Shown in pieces: positions 37,344 to 45,860 of a stretch of 64,000 nucleotides of DNA (its first letter is position 1; every line of letters begins with the position of its first letter). The notes under the pieces were generated by a model that worked only from the letters and a program-made list of their open reading frames with translations, searched no databases and had not been told where the DNA came from. Source of the DNA: a virus; IMG/VR virus record IMGVR_UViG_3300033233_000009, positions 1 through 64,000 of that record. One strand, written 5' to 3'. The position numbers were made by a program, and so were the translations under genes.

Positions 37344-39047
37344 ATGTCCCTCGGTTCACTCGGCAGCAGCAGGCGGCGGTCCAGCACGAACGGCGTGCTG
37401 GGCGGTCACCTCGGTGCCGTGCCGAGCCAGTGGACCGCGGATTCGCGCGTCAAGGCGCTGCAAGCCGCGCTGAACACGCAGATGGCGGCGGCGGGCTGCA
37501 CCACCGCGCTGACGGCCGACGGGCTGATCGGGCCCGGGACGTGCGGCGCCCTCGCCTGGTCGAAGGCGACCGGCGCGCCCCCGAGCGCGTACCAGACCTA
37601 CGCGGCGGACTTCGACGGGGGCTGCAAGGCGTTCACGCCCAAGGCGCCGGCCTGCCCGGCGGTCACTGCCACGGCGCCTGCCACCACCACCACCACCACC
37701 ACGGCGACGGCACCGGCGGGCACGTACGGCCTGCCCTTCGCGCTCGGAGTGAAGGACCCGACGGTGCTGAAGTGGCAGTACATGCTGAACACCGAGCTGG
37801 ACGCGCGCGGGATCCCGACCGTGCCGGAGGACGGGGTGTTCAGTCTGGCGACGTGCGCGGGCTTCGGGGCGTTCGGGCGCTCTTACAACGAGGCGCCGAA
37901 CGAGCCGACGCCGGACGATACCTTCGCGGGCATCGTGGCGCAGTACCAGAAGGGCATCGTCGCCGCCTGCGCAGCCCTGGCGCAGCCCGCGACGACGACC
38001 GCGCCGCCGGCCACCACGACCACGACCACGACCGCGCCGCCTCCCGCTACCACGCCGTCGGCGAGCGCGAGCGACCTGATGCGCCAGCAGCAGACGATGC
38101 TCAACGCCTGGCTCGCGAGCGTCGGGTATCTACCGATCCCGGTGAGCGGCGTGTGGGACGGGCGGACCTGCGGCGCGGGGCAGCTACTCGCCAAGACCCT
38201 GCCCGACACCGACCCGACGAAGATCGCGCTGGCCGGCGTGCTGGCGAAGATCAAGCCGCTGCTCGGGATGCCGTGCGGCGTGACCGTGCAGCCGATCGCG
38301 CCCTCGCGACCGGCGGTCGCTCCGCCGTCGAGCGCGCAGATCCTCCAGATGCAGAAGCTGCTCAACGCCGAGGTGCTCCGGCCCGGCAGCTACCGGCTGC
38401 TCGCGGAGGACGGGAAGCTCTCGGCGGCGACATGCGGCGCGGCGAGCGACACCGCGGCGGCGGCGAGCATCGGCCGGATCCGCGTGTCGGCGACGCTCCA
38501 GGCCCTGCTCGACCACACGGGGCTGCTCCCGGGCTGCCTGCCGCTGAAGCCCTGGCAGTTCCCGCAGACGGCGACGCCGATCGTGGCGAGCCGTTCCGCG
38601 TCGCTGCCGCCGCTGAACCGCGACGGCGAGTGCGTGATCAACTTCGGGCAGAAGTACGCCGAGATCGGCCTGCTGCAACAGCAGATGAACGCCACGCTCG
38701 CGAGCAACGGCTACAAGCCGATCCCCGTCACGAGCGCGTGGGACGCGGCGACCTGCGGCGCGCTGTTCGAGCTGGGAGGGAAGTTCTCGCCGCGCTCGTC
38801 GAGCGGGTGCCCGCACGCCTACTCGGTGCCGCTCACGTGCCCGACGGTGGCGCGACCGGCCAAGGTGGTGGTGGCGCCGCCGCCCACGAAGCTGCCGGTG
38901 CCGCCTCCCCCTCCGCTCGCTCCGGTGAAGCGGGCCAGCATGGCGCTCCCGCTCGGCATCGCCGCCCTGGTCGGCATCGGAGCGCTCGTCTACGCGAAGA
39001 AGAAGGGCCTCATCATGGCTGCGAAGAAGGCAACGGTGAAAGCATGA
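37344..39047 (+). CDS. Tail-anchored protein with five Cys-containing PG-binding-like repeats
   Basis: Five Q..(L/M)N...TC(G/A) units with Thr-rich linkers; C-terminal TM followed by KKK. Confidence 0.8.
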   Translation: MSLGSLGSSRRRSSTNGVLGGHLGAVPSQWTADSRVKALQAALNTQMAAAGCTTALTADGLIGPGTCGALAWSKATGAPPSAYQTYAADFDGGCKAFTPKAPACPAVTATAPATTTTTTTATAPAGTYGLPFALGVKDPTVLKWQYMLNTELDARGIPTVPEDGVFSLATCAGFGAFGRSYNEAPNEPTPDDTFAGIVAQYQKGIVAACAALAQPATTTAPPATTTTTTTAPPPATTPSASASDLMRQQQTMLNAWLASVGYLPIPVSGVWDGRTCGAGQLLAKTLPDTDPTKIALAGVLAKIKPLLGMPCGVTVQPIAPSRPAVAPPSSAQILQMQKLLNAEVLRPGSYRLLAEDGKLSAATCGAASDTAAAASIGRIRVSATLQALLDHTGLLPGCLPLKPWQFPQTATPIVASRSASLPPLNRDGECVINFGQKYAEIGLLQQQMNATLASNGYKPIPVTSAWDAATCGALFELGGKFSPRSSSGCPHAYSVPLTCPTVARPAKVVVAPPPTKLPVPPPPPLAPVKRASMALPLGIAALVGIGALVYAKKKGLIMAAKKATVKA

Positions 39048-40003
39048 ACGGCATCCTCGGTAGCCCTACGGGGCTCGGCGTGTTCGCGGGCAGGCAGGGG
39101 CTCGGTGCGACCTACCCGTTCGGCAAGTACTCGGACGACACCAAGGCGTTGCAGCGCCAGGTGAACGCCTGGCTTGCGGCCACCGGCCTGGCCGTGGTCG
39201 CGGAGGACGGGCTGCTCGGGCAGCGCACGTGCGGCGCGCTTCGCAAGGCGAAGATGGAGGTCCCGAGCACGTGCAGTGGCTTCGTGGAGCCGACCCCGGG
39301 CTACTACCCCTGGAACAACTACAGCGCGGACACCAAGGCGTTGCAGGCCGTGCTCGCCGCCCGGTTCCCGAGCGTGAAGGTGGACGGTATCCTCGGGCCG
39401 CTGACGTGCGGCGCCGGCAAGGCTGCGGGGCGGTACCCCGCGACCTGCGAGAGCTTCACCCTCCCGGAGGGCGCGGTCGTCTCGGCCGGGCCGTCGGTGG
39501 CCCCCGCTCCCGCGGCGGCGCCCGGGAAGGCCGTGGACTGGGTGGCGCTGGCGGCGTACGCGGCGGCGGTCAAGGCGCAGAACGACAAGCGCGCGGCCGA
39601 CCTGCTCGCGTACGCGGCGGCGGTGAAGGCGGACAAGGACCGGCAGAACCTGCTCGCGTACGCGGCGGCGGTGAAGGCCGCGAACGACAAGAAGGCTGCC
39701 GACCTGCTCGCGTACGTGGCCGCGGTGAAGGCCGCGCAGGCTGCCAAGAAGCCCGCGCCGCGCCCGCCCGCTGCACGCGCGGTGACGGTGGCCAAGCCGA
39801 AGGTCAGCGCGGCCACGCCTGTCCCGCCGCCGCCGGCTCCTCCGCCGCCCGCGCCGGATCCGGCGCTGGAGCCCGCGCACGCCTCCGCGGAGATCGCGGA
39901 GGCCGGCATGAGCATGACCACCAAGCTCGCCCTCGGCGTAGGCGTCGTCGCGGTGGTAGGCTACATGGTGTTCTTCAGGAAGCCGTCGCCGAAGGCCGCG
40001 TGA
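39044..40003 (+). CDS. Tail-anchored protein with two PG-binding-like repeats and Ala-rich repeats
   Basis: GLG x2; YS.DTKALQ...DG.LG..TCGA x2; DWVALAAYAAAVKA repeats; TM. Confidence 0.8.
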   Translation: MNGILGSPTGLGVFAGRQGLGATYPFGKYSDDTKALQRQVNAWLAATGLAVVAEDGLLGQRTCGALRKAKMEVPSTCSGFVEPTPGYYPWNNYSADTKALQAVLAARFPSVKVDGILGPLTCGAGKAAGRYPATCESFTLPEGAVVSAGPSVAPAPAAAPGKAVDWVALAAYAAAVKAQNDKRAADLLAYAAAVKADKDRQNLLAYAAAVKAANDKKAADLLAYVAAVKAAQAAKKPAPRPPAARAVTVAKPKVSAATPVPPPPAPPPPAPDPALEPAHASAEIAEAGMSMTTKLALGVGVVAVVGYMVFFRKPSPKAA

Positions 40004-40023
40004 TGCCGCGATAGGATCCCAAG

Positions 40024-40341
40024 ATGCGTAGAATTTATACCTCGACAGCGCACTTCCGCGCTCCGTACGACACCGCGAACATCAGCTTCGCCGGACTCGG
40101 CGTGCTCGGTTCGGATCACCGCGCGTACGACGCGAACCGATGGCCCGCGCGGCGGAGCTACTTCGACGTCTCGCAGTACCGCGCTCCGCTGCGTGCCGGC
40201 TACTACCAGTCGGGCGCGCTCCGCGGCGCCGAGGCACCGGAGGCGCAGGCAAGCATGACTGGCGCGCAGAAGTGGACGATCGTGGCGGTCATCCTCGGCT
40301 CCATCGCGCTCGGCGTCCTGGGCGACAAGCTGAAGGCGTGA
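40024..40341 (+). CDS. Small tail-anchored protein
   Basis: FAGLGVLG; C-terminal TM; TAGGAT 6 nt before the ATG. Confidence 0.7.
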   Translation: MRRIYTSTAHFRAPYDTANISFAGLGVLGSDHRAYDANRWPARRSYFDVSQYRAPLRAGYYQSGALRGAEAPEAQASMTGAQKWTIVAVILGSIALGVLGDKLKA

Positions 40342-40345
40342 GCCG

Positions 40346-40567
40346 GTGACGGCGCAGCTACCGAGCACCGCGGTCGTGGCGCCGGCCGACAGCGCCATGC
40401 CGCCTGCCGTACGGCGCTACGCCCTGACCGGGGTGGTGCCGAGCGCGTTCCGGCGGGATCTGGTCACGGCGACCAACCAGATCCCCCGCTGGGGCTACGT
40501 GGCGCTCGCGCTCGTGTCGGCGTGGCTCGCAGCGCGGGCCTACGGCGAGGACCGACCGAAAACTTGA
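40346..40567 (+). CDS. Small membrane protein
   Basis: C-terminal TM WGYVALALVSAWLAA. Confidence 0.6.
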   Translation: MTAQLPSTAVVAPADSAMPPAVRRYALTGVVPSAFRRDLVTATNQIPRWGYVALALVSAWLAARAYGEDRPKT

Positions 40568-40593
40568 CCCTCGGGGGCTCGCAGCGGGAAGCT
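40556..40593 (+). promoter_or_regulatory. Recurrent viral promoter CCGAAAAC-TTGACC-18-GAAGCT
   Basis: Similar architecture at about 44579, 45746, 53901, 54407 and 57283; ATG 6 nt downstream. Confidence 0.65.
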
Positions 40594-40599
40594 AACCCG

Positions 40600-41145
40600 A
40601 TGCGAAGGCAAACAAGCGGGCTCGGTGTGCTGGGCGGGCCTGACGTGCTCGGTGGCGCGCTGGGCGACCAGGCGGAGGACATCGACACCATCGCGAAGTA
40701 TATGTCCGGTACGCCGTACCGGACGGAAGCCGCGCGGAAGATTCAGGACGAGTGGAAGGTCTGGCTCGACGGCGTGAGCTGGTGGGACAAGAACTACGAC
40801 CGGCCGACATACGACCACGCTCGGAACCTCCGCAACTCCTTCAACAAGGCCAACGCGACGACCGCAGCGGAGGCGGCGGCGGCGGAGCACGTCATCAAGA
40901 CCGGCATGACCACCGAGACGATGACGGGCGGCGCCTCGCGGATCACGTCGGGGGGCACCTTCTCGGAAAAGGACGGCGGCACCGTGGCGCTGCCGCTGTG
41001 GGCGAAGTTCGGCATCGGCGTGGCGATTGCCGGGCTCGGGATCTATGCGCTGCGCGAGCTGCGCCTGTTCGCCACGCTGTTCAAGAAGGCGCCGAAGACC
41101 GGGCACACGCCGAACCGCCGGTCACGCCGGAGGGCTCGCGCGTGA
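40600..41145 (+). CDS. Tail-anchored protein sharing a domain with 36299-37339
   Basis: LGD..EDID.IA...W..G..W.K segment shared with 36299; TM; tail HTPNRRSRRRARA. Confidence 0.8.
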   Translation: MRRQTSGLGVLGGPDVLGGALGDQAEDIDTIAKYMSGTPYRTEAARKIQDEWKVWLDGVSWWDKNYDRPTYDHARNLRNSFNKANATTAAEAAAAEHVIKTGMTTETMTGGASRITSGGTFSEKDGGTVALPLWAKFGIGVAIAGLGIYALRELRLFATLFKKAPKTGHTPNRRSRRRARA

Positions 41146-41585
41146 TCTACTCCCGCTGGCGCCCGGACACGGGCGGCTACGACTACTTCCAGTCCGCGGA
41201 ACGCCGTGGGCTCGGCGACGATCTGCCCGTGCCGAAGCTCTACGGGGGCACGGCCATCGGCGTGGCCAGCACCGACATCGGGCGCCCTGCGCCGGGTGCG
41301 CTGCGCCCCGCCGGCAGCGGGCCGGTGGCGAAGGGGTCAATTCTGCCGCTGTCGCGGCAGGGGCTGAGCAGCATCGACTGGATGGGGAGCGGCGGCGTGG
41401 TCGCGGGCGTGCTGTTCTTCGGGGCGCTGGCGGCGTTCGTCGCGGTGCCGGGTGCGGTCGGTGGGTACCTGACGGCCGCGGCGCTCAAGAAGGACAAGAA
41501 GAAGTGGGCGATCTACGGCGCGGTCGGCGCGCCCGTGGCGCTGTTCGGCTGGAACGCGGTCGAGAAGCTGCGGTTGCGGAAATGA
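41142..41585 (+). CDS. Membrane protein
   Basis: GTGA overlap; MIYSRW..GGYDYF, GLGDD; two hydrophobic segments. Confidence 0.75.
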   Translation: MIYSRWRPDTGGYDYFQSAERRGLGDDLPVPKLYGGTAIGVASTDIGRPAPGALRPAGSGPVAKGSILPLSRQGLSSIDWMGSGGVVAGVLFFGALAAFVAVPGAVGGYLTAAALKKDKKKWAIYGAVGAPVALFGWNAVEKLRLRK

Positions 41586-42163
41586 GACGCTACGAGCGCA
41601 ACTTCGACGCGCGCCGCGCGGCCACGTCGCTTCGGGAGAAGTTCATCGACGCGCCTGCCACGAAGGAGCAGGTGATGCGGTGGGAGTGGCCGAAGGAAAT
41701 GCAGGAGGTCGGGCGCTGGGATGCGGGCGAGGGTGCGGTGATGTACGCATCCTCAAAGTGGCAGAAAAACCCCAGCAAGGTGATCGACTACAAGCACCTC
41801 GCCGAGGGCCCGCAGCGCCTGCTCGTACTGCCGGGTTTCCTGCGTGACTACCACCGGCCGGGGTCGAAGATCCCGGTCACGGGACCGATGGTCGAGCTGG
41901 ACGGGCCGCTGCCCGAAGCGTTCGCGGTGCTCGCGCCCATCCTCGGGATCCAGGCACGCCTGTACGACGGCGGCACCGAGGGGGAACCGGAGCTGTCGGA
42001 TGACAGCCTGTACCAGATCAACATCGCGAACGCGACGCTCGCCGCGGCGAAGCATCCGCGTACCGGGCAGACGTTCCTGTTCGTCTACACCGAGAAGGAA
42101 GGGCCGCTCTGCGTCATCACGGGCGACATCCTCGACGTGGAGAAGGACGGGATCGTAGGGTAG
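41582..42163 (+). CDS. Soluble hypothetical protein of the virion module
   Basis: ATGA overlap; starts MRRYERNF and ends LDVEKDGIVG. Confidence 0.75.
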   Translation: MRRYERNFDARRAATSLREKFIDAPATKEQVMRWEWPKEMQEVGRWDAGEGAVMYASSKWQKNPSKVIDYKHLAEGPQRLLVLPGFLRDYHRPGSKIPVTGPMVELDGPLPEAFAVLAPILGIQARLYDGGTEGEPELSDDSLYQINIANATLAAAKHPRTGQTFLFVYTEKEGPLCVITGDILDVEKDGIVG

Positions 42164-42166
42164 GTC

Positions 42167-44590
42167 ATGGCGTACGCGAGCACGCGCGGGTTCGGCCTGG
42201 GCGCCGAGGCATCGGCCGGCGCGTCGCTGGCGACGCCCGGATTGCCCACGGTCGCGTGGGCGCCGCCGCAGGTGCGGTTCAACGCGGCCGACTACCAGCC
42301 CCAGACATTCGCGCAGGCGCAGTTTGCGAAGTGGTCGCACTCGTCGATGCAGGCGGACATCGAGAAGGGCCGCGCGCAGCTTTCCGCCAAGCTCGGTGTG
42401 ACGCTCCCGAAGCTGCCGGCGATGGGGCAATCGGAGGTCACGAGCTGGACGGCGGCGTACGCGCTGGCGCACGGCGTCCCCACGAACTTCGAGGACGGGG
42501 CGAAGATGGTGACCGCGTTCGCGCACGCGCAGGCTGCGAAGCTGGGCGTGCCGCCGGAGTGGATCGCGGCGGCCGACGTGCTGATGCACCCGCCGACGAC
42601 GACGGCAGAAGCCACCGCGCTCGTCGCGGACGTCGGCAAGGCGTATTTCGCGAAGTACGGCATCGCGCTCCTCCAGAACGAGCTGATGAGCGTCAGCACG
42701 AACCTCGCGATGGTGACGCAGGCGATCCCGGTGGAGTTCGCGGTCGCCGGGTTCGACGCGCTGAAGGACGGCAAGCTGACGGGCGAGGAAATCGCCGGCA
42801 TCGCCGTGCAGGCGGCGGCGTACGCCTGCGGCATGCTCCTCCAGGGGATCGGGATCCCGGCGCCGCTCGGGGCGCTCATTGGAGGGGTGATTGCGGGGCA
42901 GCTCTCGGCGGTCGCGGACAACGTGATTCACGCGGACGACGCGGATACGCGCGCGCGCAAGGCCGCGTACGCCGCGCTCGACAAGCAGCGCGAGGCGCTG
43001 ATGACGGAATGCGCGAGCGCCGCCCAGGAGACGTGGAACAAGACGCAGGAGTACTGGGATCAGGTGCTCGGGCGCATCCAGGCGCTCCTCGACGTGCCGG
43101 CCATTGCCGCGCGGATCCGCGCGGCGGGAGGGATCCGGTACTACGGCCGCAACGTGGTCCAGCTCCCGGCCGGGGTCGTGCTGCCCGAGACCAGCAGCGT
43201 CGTGGCCAAGCGGTTTCGGGAGCCGGGCGACTGGGAGGCGTGGGCAAAGCAGGCCGAGGCGGACGCGAAGGCCGCAGAAGCAATCGCAAAGAAGCACTAC
43301 GGATCCAGAGACGCCGGCCCCTACATCGCCAAGGCGGGAGCGGCACGCAAGCGCGCAACCGATCTGGCCAAGAAGGCCGCGGAGCAGCCCAGGCTGCCGC
43401 TGTACGAGTACGGCTTCGACTGCCTGTGGTGGGAGGGACAGCTCGACCACCGGCAGGGCCAGCCGGTGCTGCCGCGGAACGCGCGCCCGTTTCCCGACGG
43501 CTGCCTCTACTACGGGCGCGTCCGACCCACCGGCGTGTGGGTGGGGAGTGAGCAGAAGCTCGACCCGGCGCAGTGGATGCAGGGCCCCTACTGGGTGGAT
43601 CCGAGCCGAGTCTGGGAGCGCTGCGCTGCGCGATCCTCCATGCGGTGGTACCCGTCGTTCCGGGCAGGGGACACCGACGAGTCGTGCAGCGCGGCGATGA
43701 AGGTCGCGGCCGAGTTCCGCTTCGACTTCACGCCCGATTATGAGACGCGCAAGATGAACGTGCGGCTCACTCCGTACACCGACCACCAGAGTGCGGTACG
43801 GACGAAGATCGTCACGATCACGCGGGGCGCGCTCGTGGACGGCGCGCCGAACGCACAGGCCGCGCTCCAGTTCTGGGGCGCGAAGCGGCCGACCTCGCCG
43901 GTGCTCTACTCGGACGGCTCCGATGCGTCGCAGTGGAAGCAGTTTGCCTACATCGACCCGGGCGCGATGGAGGTGCACAAGGTCGCCGGGAGCCTCACGG
44001 CGAAGCTGAACCTGCCGTTCGACTACTGCGACGTGAACCAGTGGATGGCGGCGGTGCAGACCGCGGCGGCGGCGTCGGCGCTCGTGGAGCAGGACATCGT
44101 CCGCACGGTGGCGTGGCAGGCCGGCGCGGAGGAGGCCCGGAGGGTCGCAGCCGACTGGCAGAAGCTCGCGGCGCTGACACCCGACCAGCAGCAGCAGCTC
44201 GTCGCCTACGCGAAGGCGGCGCAGACGGAGAAGGAGAACTGGGCGAAGCTCGCGGCGCTGACGCCGGAGCAGCAACGCCAGCTCGTCGCGTACGCTGCGC
44301 AGCAGGCCGAGCAGCGGCGCCAGCTCCTCGCCTACGCGGCGGCGCTGAAGGCCAAGCAGCAGTCGGACATGATCGCCGCGCGGGCCAACCGGGCCCTGCT
44401 CCAGGCGAAGGCGCTCGGGGCGGCGCGGGCGGCGTCGGGCGCGTACGCCGTGGCGCTGAAGGCCCGGCTCGGCTACCAGGCGGCGCAGATGAGCCAGCGG
44501 ACGACGCTACTCCTGGGCGGCCTGGCGATCGGGGCCTTCCTGCTGTGGAAGGTCGCTACGGGCAGCAAGCGGGCCCGACCGAAAACTTGA
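42167..44590 (+). CDS. 807-aa tail-anchored putative virion protein
   Basis: N-terminal GFGLG; internal Gly-rich hydrophobic segment; W.KLAALTP.QQ.QLVAYA repeats; C-terminal TM. Confidence 0.85.
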   Translation: MAYASTRGFGLGAEASAGASLATPGLPTVAWAPPQVRFNAADYQPQTFAQAQFAKWSHSSMQADIEKGRAQLSAKLGVTLPKLPAMGQSEVTSWTAAYALAHGVPTNFEDGAKMVTAFAHAQAAKLGVPPEWIAAADVLMHPPTTTAEATALVADVGKAYFAKYGIALLQNELMSVSTNLAMVTQAIPVEFAVAGFDALKDGKLTGEEIAGIAVQAAAYACGMLLQGIGIPAPLGALIGGVIAGQLSAVADNVIHADDADTRARKAAYAALDKQREALMTECASAAQETWNKTQEYWDQVLGRIQALLDVPAIAARIRAAGGIRYYGRNVVQLPAGVVLPETSSVVAKRFREPGDWEAWAKQAEADAKAAEAIAKKHYGSRDAGPYIAKAGAARKRATDLAKKAAEQPRLPLYEYGFDCLWWEGQLDHRQGQPVLPRNARPFPDGCLYYGRVRPTGVWVGSEQKLDPAQWMQGPYWVDPSRVWERCAARSSMRWYPSFRAGDTDESCSAAMKVAAEFRFDFTPDYETRKMNVRLTPYTDHQSAVRTKIVTITRGALVDGAPNAQAALQFWGAKRPTSPVLYSDGSDASQWKQFAYIDPGAMEVHKVAGSLTAKLNLPFDYCDVNQWMAAVQTAAAASALVEQDIVRTVAWQAGAEEARRVAADWQKLAALTPDQQQQLVAYAKAAQTEKENWAKLAALTPEQQRQLVAYAAQQAEQRRQLLAYAAALKAKQQSDMIAARANRALLQAKALGAARAASGAYAVALKARLGYQAAQMSQRTTLLLGGLAIGAFLLWKVATGSKRARPKT

Positions 44591-44616
44591 CGGTGGCGTG
44601 GGCGGCGCGGGAAGCT
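44579..44616 (+). promoter_or_regulatory. Recurrent viral promoter
   Basis: CCGAAAAC-TTGACG-18-GAAGCT; ATG 7 nt downstream. Confidence 0.65.
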
Positions 44617-44623
44617 ATCGACC

Positions 44624-45217
44624 ATGAGCTACCACGTGAACCCGATCGCCCGGAGCCTGCCTCGCCTCGGCGCTCGGTCCGTCGGAGGGCTCGGTACGGT
44701 GGCCCCGCCTCCGGTGCTCCACGCGGCGCCGCGCCCGCTCACCGCCGCGGACTGGGCGAACATCGCGGCCTACGCGAAGGCGGTCAAGGCGGCCGAGGCA
44801 GCGAAGGTGACCGCGCCGCCCCCGCCCACGACCGTGCCGGTGGTGTCGCTCGCGACGCTGGTCAGCAAGCTCCAAGCGAAGGGCGCGACCCCCGACGAGG
44901 TCGGCTACTTCCAGGCGTGCATGACCGACAAGCTCGGCGACAAGCCGCCCACGGCGTGCGAAACGGAGGCTCGGAGCCTGGCAAAGCTCTCGGCGGAGGG
45001 GCTCGCGTTCTACAAGTCGTGCGCGAGCCAGCGCGCCGCGGACATGCCGGTCCGCACGCAGCACTCCGCGTGCTACGGCGAGGCGCTCAAGATCGCGAGC
45101 GGCGGCGCGGCGCCGGATGGCGGTGGCGCGACGACGACCGCCGGCATGGGCACCACGAAGTGGCTGCTGATCGGCGGCGTCGCGGTGGCGCTCTACTTCC
45201 TCGTGATCCGCAGGTAG
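44624..45217 (+). CDS. Tail-anchored protein
   Basis: GGLG; PPVLHAA..DWANIAAYAKAVK; four Cys; AGMG followed by TM. Confidence 0.8.
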   Translation: MSYHVNPIARSLPRLGARSVGGLGTVAPPPVLHAAPRPLTAADWANIAAYAKAVKAAEAAKVTAPPPPTTVPVVSLATLVSKLQAKGATPDEVGYFQACMTDKLGDKPPTACETEARSLAKLSAEGLAFYKSCASQRAADMPVRTQHSACYGEALKIASGGAAPDGGGATTTAGMGTTKWLLIGGVAVALYFLVIRR

Positions 45218-45227
45218 GAGGCTTCCG

Positions 45228-45452
45228 ATGGCCTTTGCGACCAGCGCCGACGCCGTGCAGAGCGGCGTGTTCCGTGCTCGGACCCGAGCGGTCGCGCCGG
45301 CACCCGTGCCGCAGCCGGTGGCCCTGGTGCTGGCCCCCGCTCCCGCAACGCCGCCGCCCGCCCCCGCCGCGGGGGGCTTCCGCTCCTGGTGGTGGCTCGC
45401 CCTGCTTGCAGCAGGTGGCTACCTCGTCTGGCGCCAGCGAACGAAGCGGTAA
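45228..45452 (+). CDS. Small tail-anchored protein
   Basis: GGAGG RBS; Pro-rich; WWWLALLAAGGYLVWRQR. Confidence 0.65.
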   Translation: MAFATSADAVQSGVFRARTRAVAPAPVPQPVALVLAPAPATPPPAPAAGGFRSWWWLALLAAGGYLVWRQRTKR

Positions 45453-45708
45453 CCGTTCAGGCCGCCGGCCCCGGCCGGGAGCGTCTGCGCAGCAACCCAG
45501 GTGAGCGCGAACACCTCGATGAGACCCGCCGCGACGAGCGCCTGCAACGCGACGTTCCGTCGGCCGCCCGCGAGATAAATGCCGGTGGCGACGAGGGATG
45601 CGCGGAGGAGGGCGGTCCCCATGACGCCCCAGAAGGCCCCGGGGACGCCGTCCACGAACTGGATGGCGGCACGGGAGGACGGAAGCTCACGCGGGTCCGG
45701 TCCGGCAT
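45419..45708 (-). pseudogene. Antisense 2-TM membrane protein, possibly frameshifted by a 5-bp duplication
   Basis: ORF 45419-45655 extends upstream as ELPSSRAAIQF; the ATG at 45708 comes into frame if one CCGGA copy (45696-45705) is removed. Confidence 0.4.
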
Positions 45709-45745
45709 TGGCCCCCCAAGATTAGCCGGCCACCATTTTTCGGTG

Positions 45746-45782
45746 CAGAAAAGTTGACGGGCTGTTTTCTCCTGGGTAGCTT
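45746..45782 (+). promoter_or_regulatory. Promoter of the core/capsid operon
   Basis: CAGAAAAG-TTGACG-17-TAGCTT. Confidence 0.6.
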
Positions 45783-45860
45783 CACCATCGACCCGTAGGA
45801 GCCAGCCGTACTTTCGAGGCCGCTGGGCACACCGCGCTAAGCGCGGAGGTATGCCCGAAG

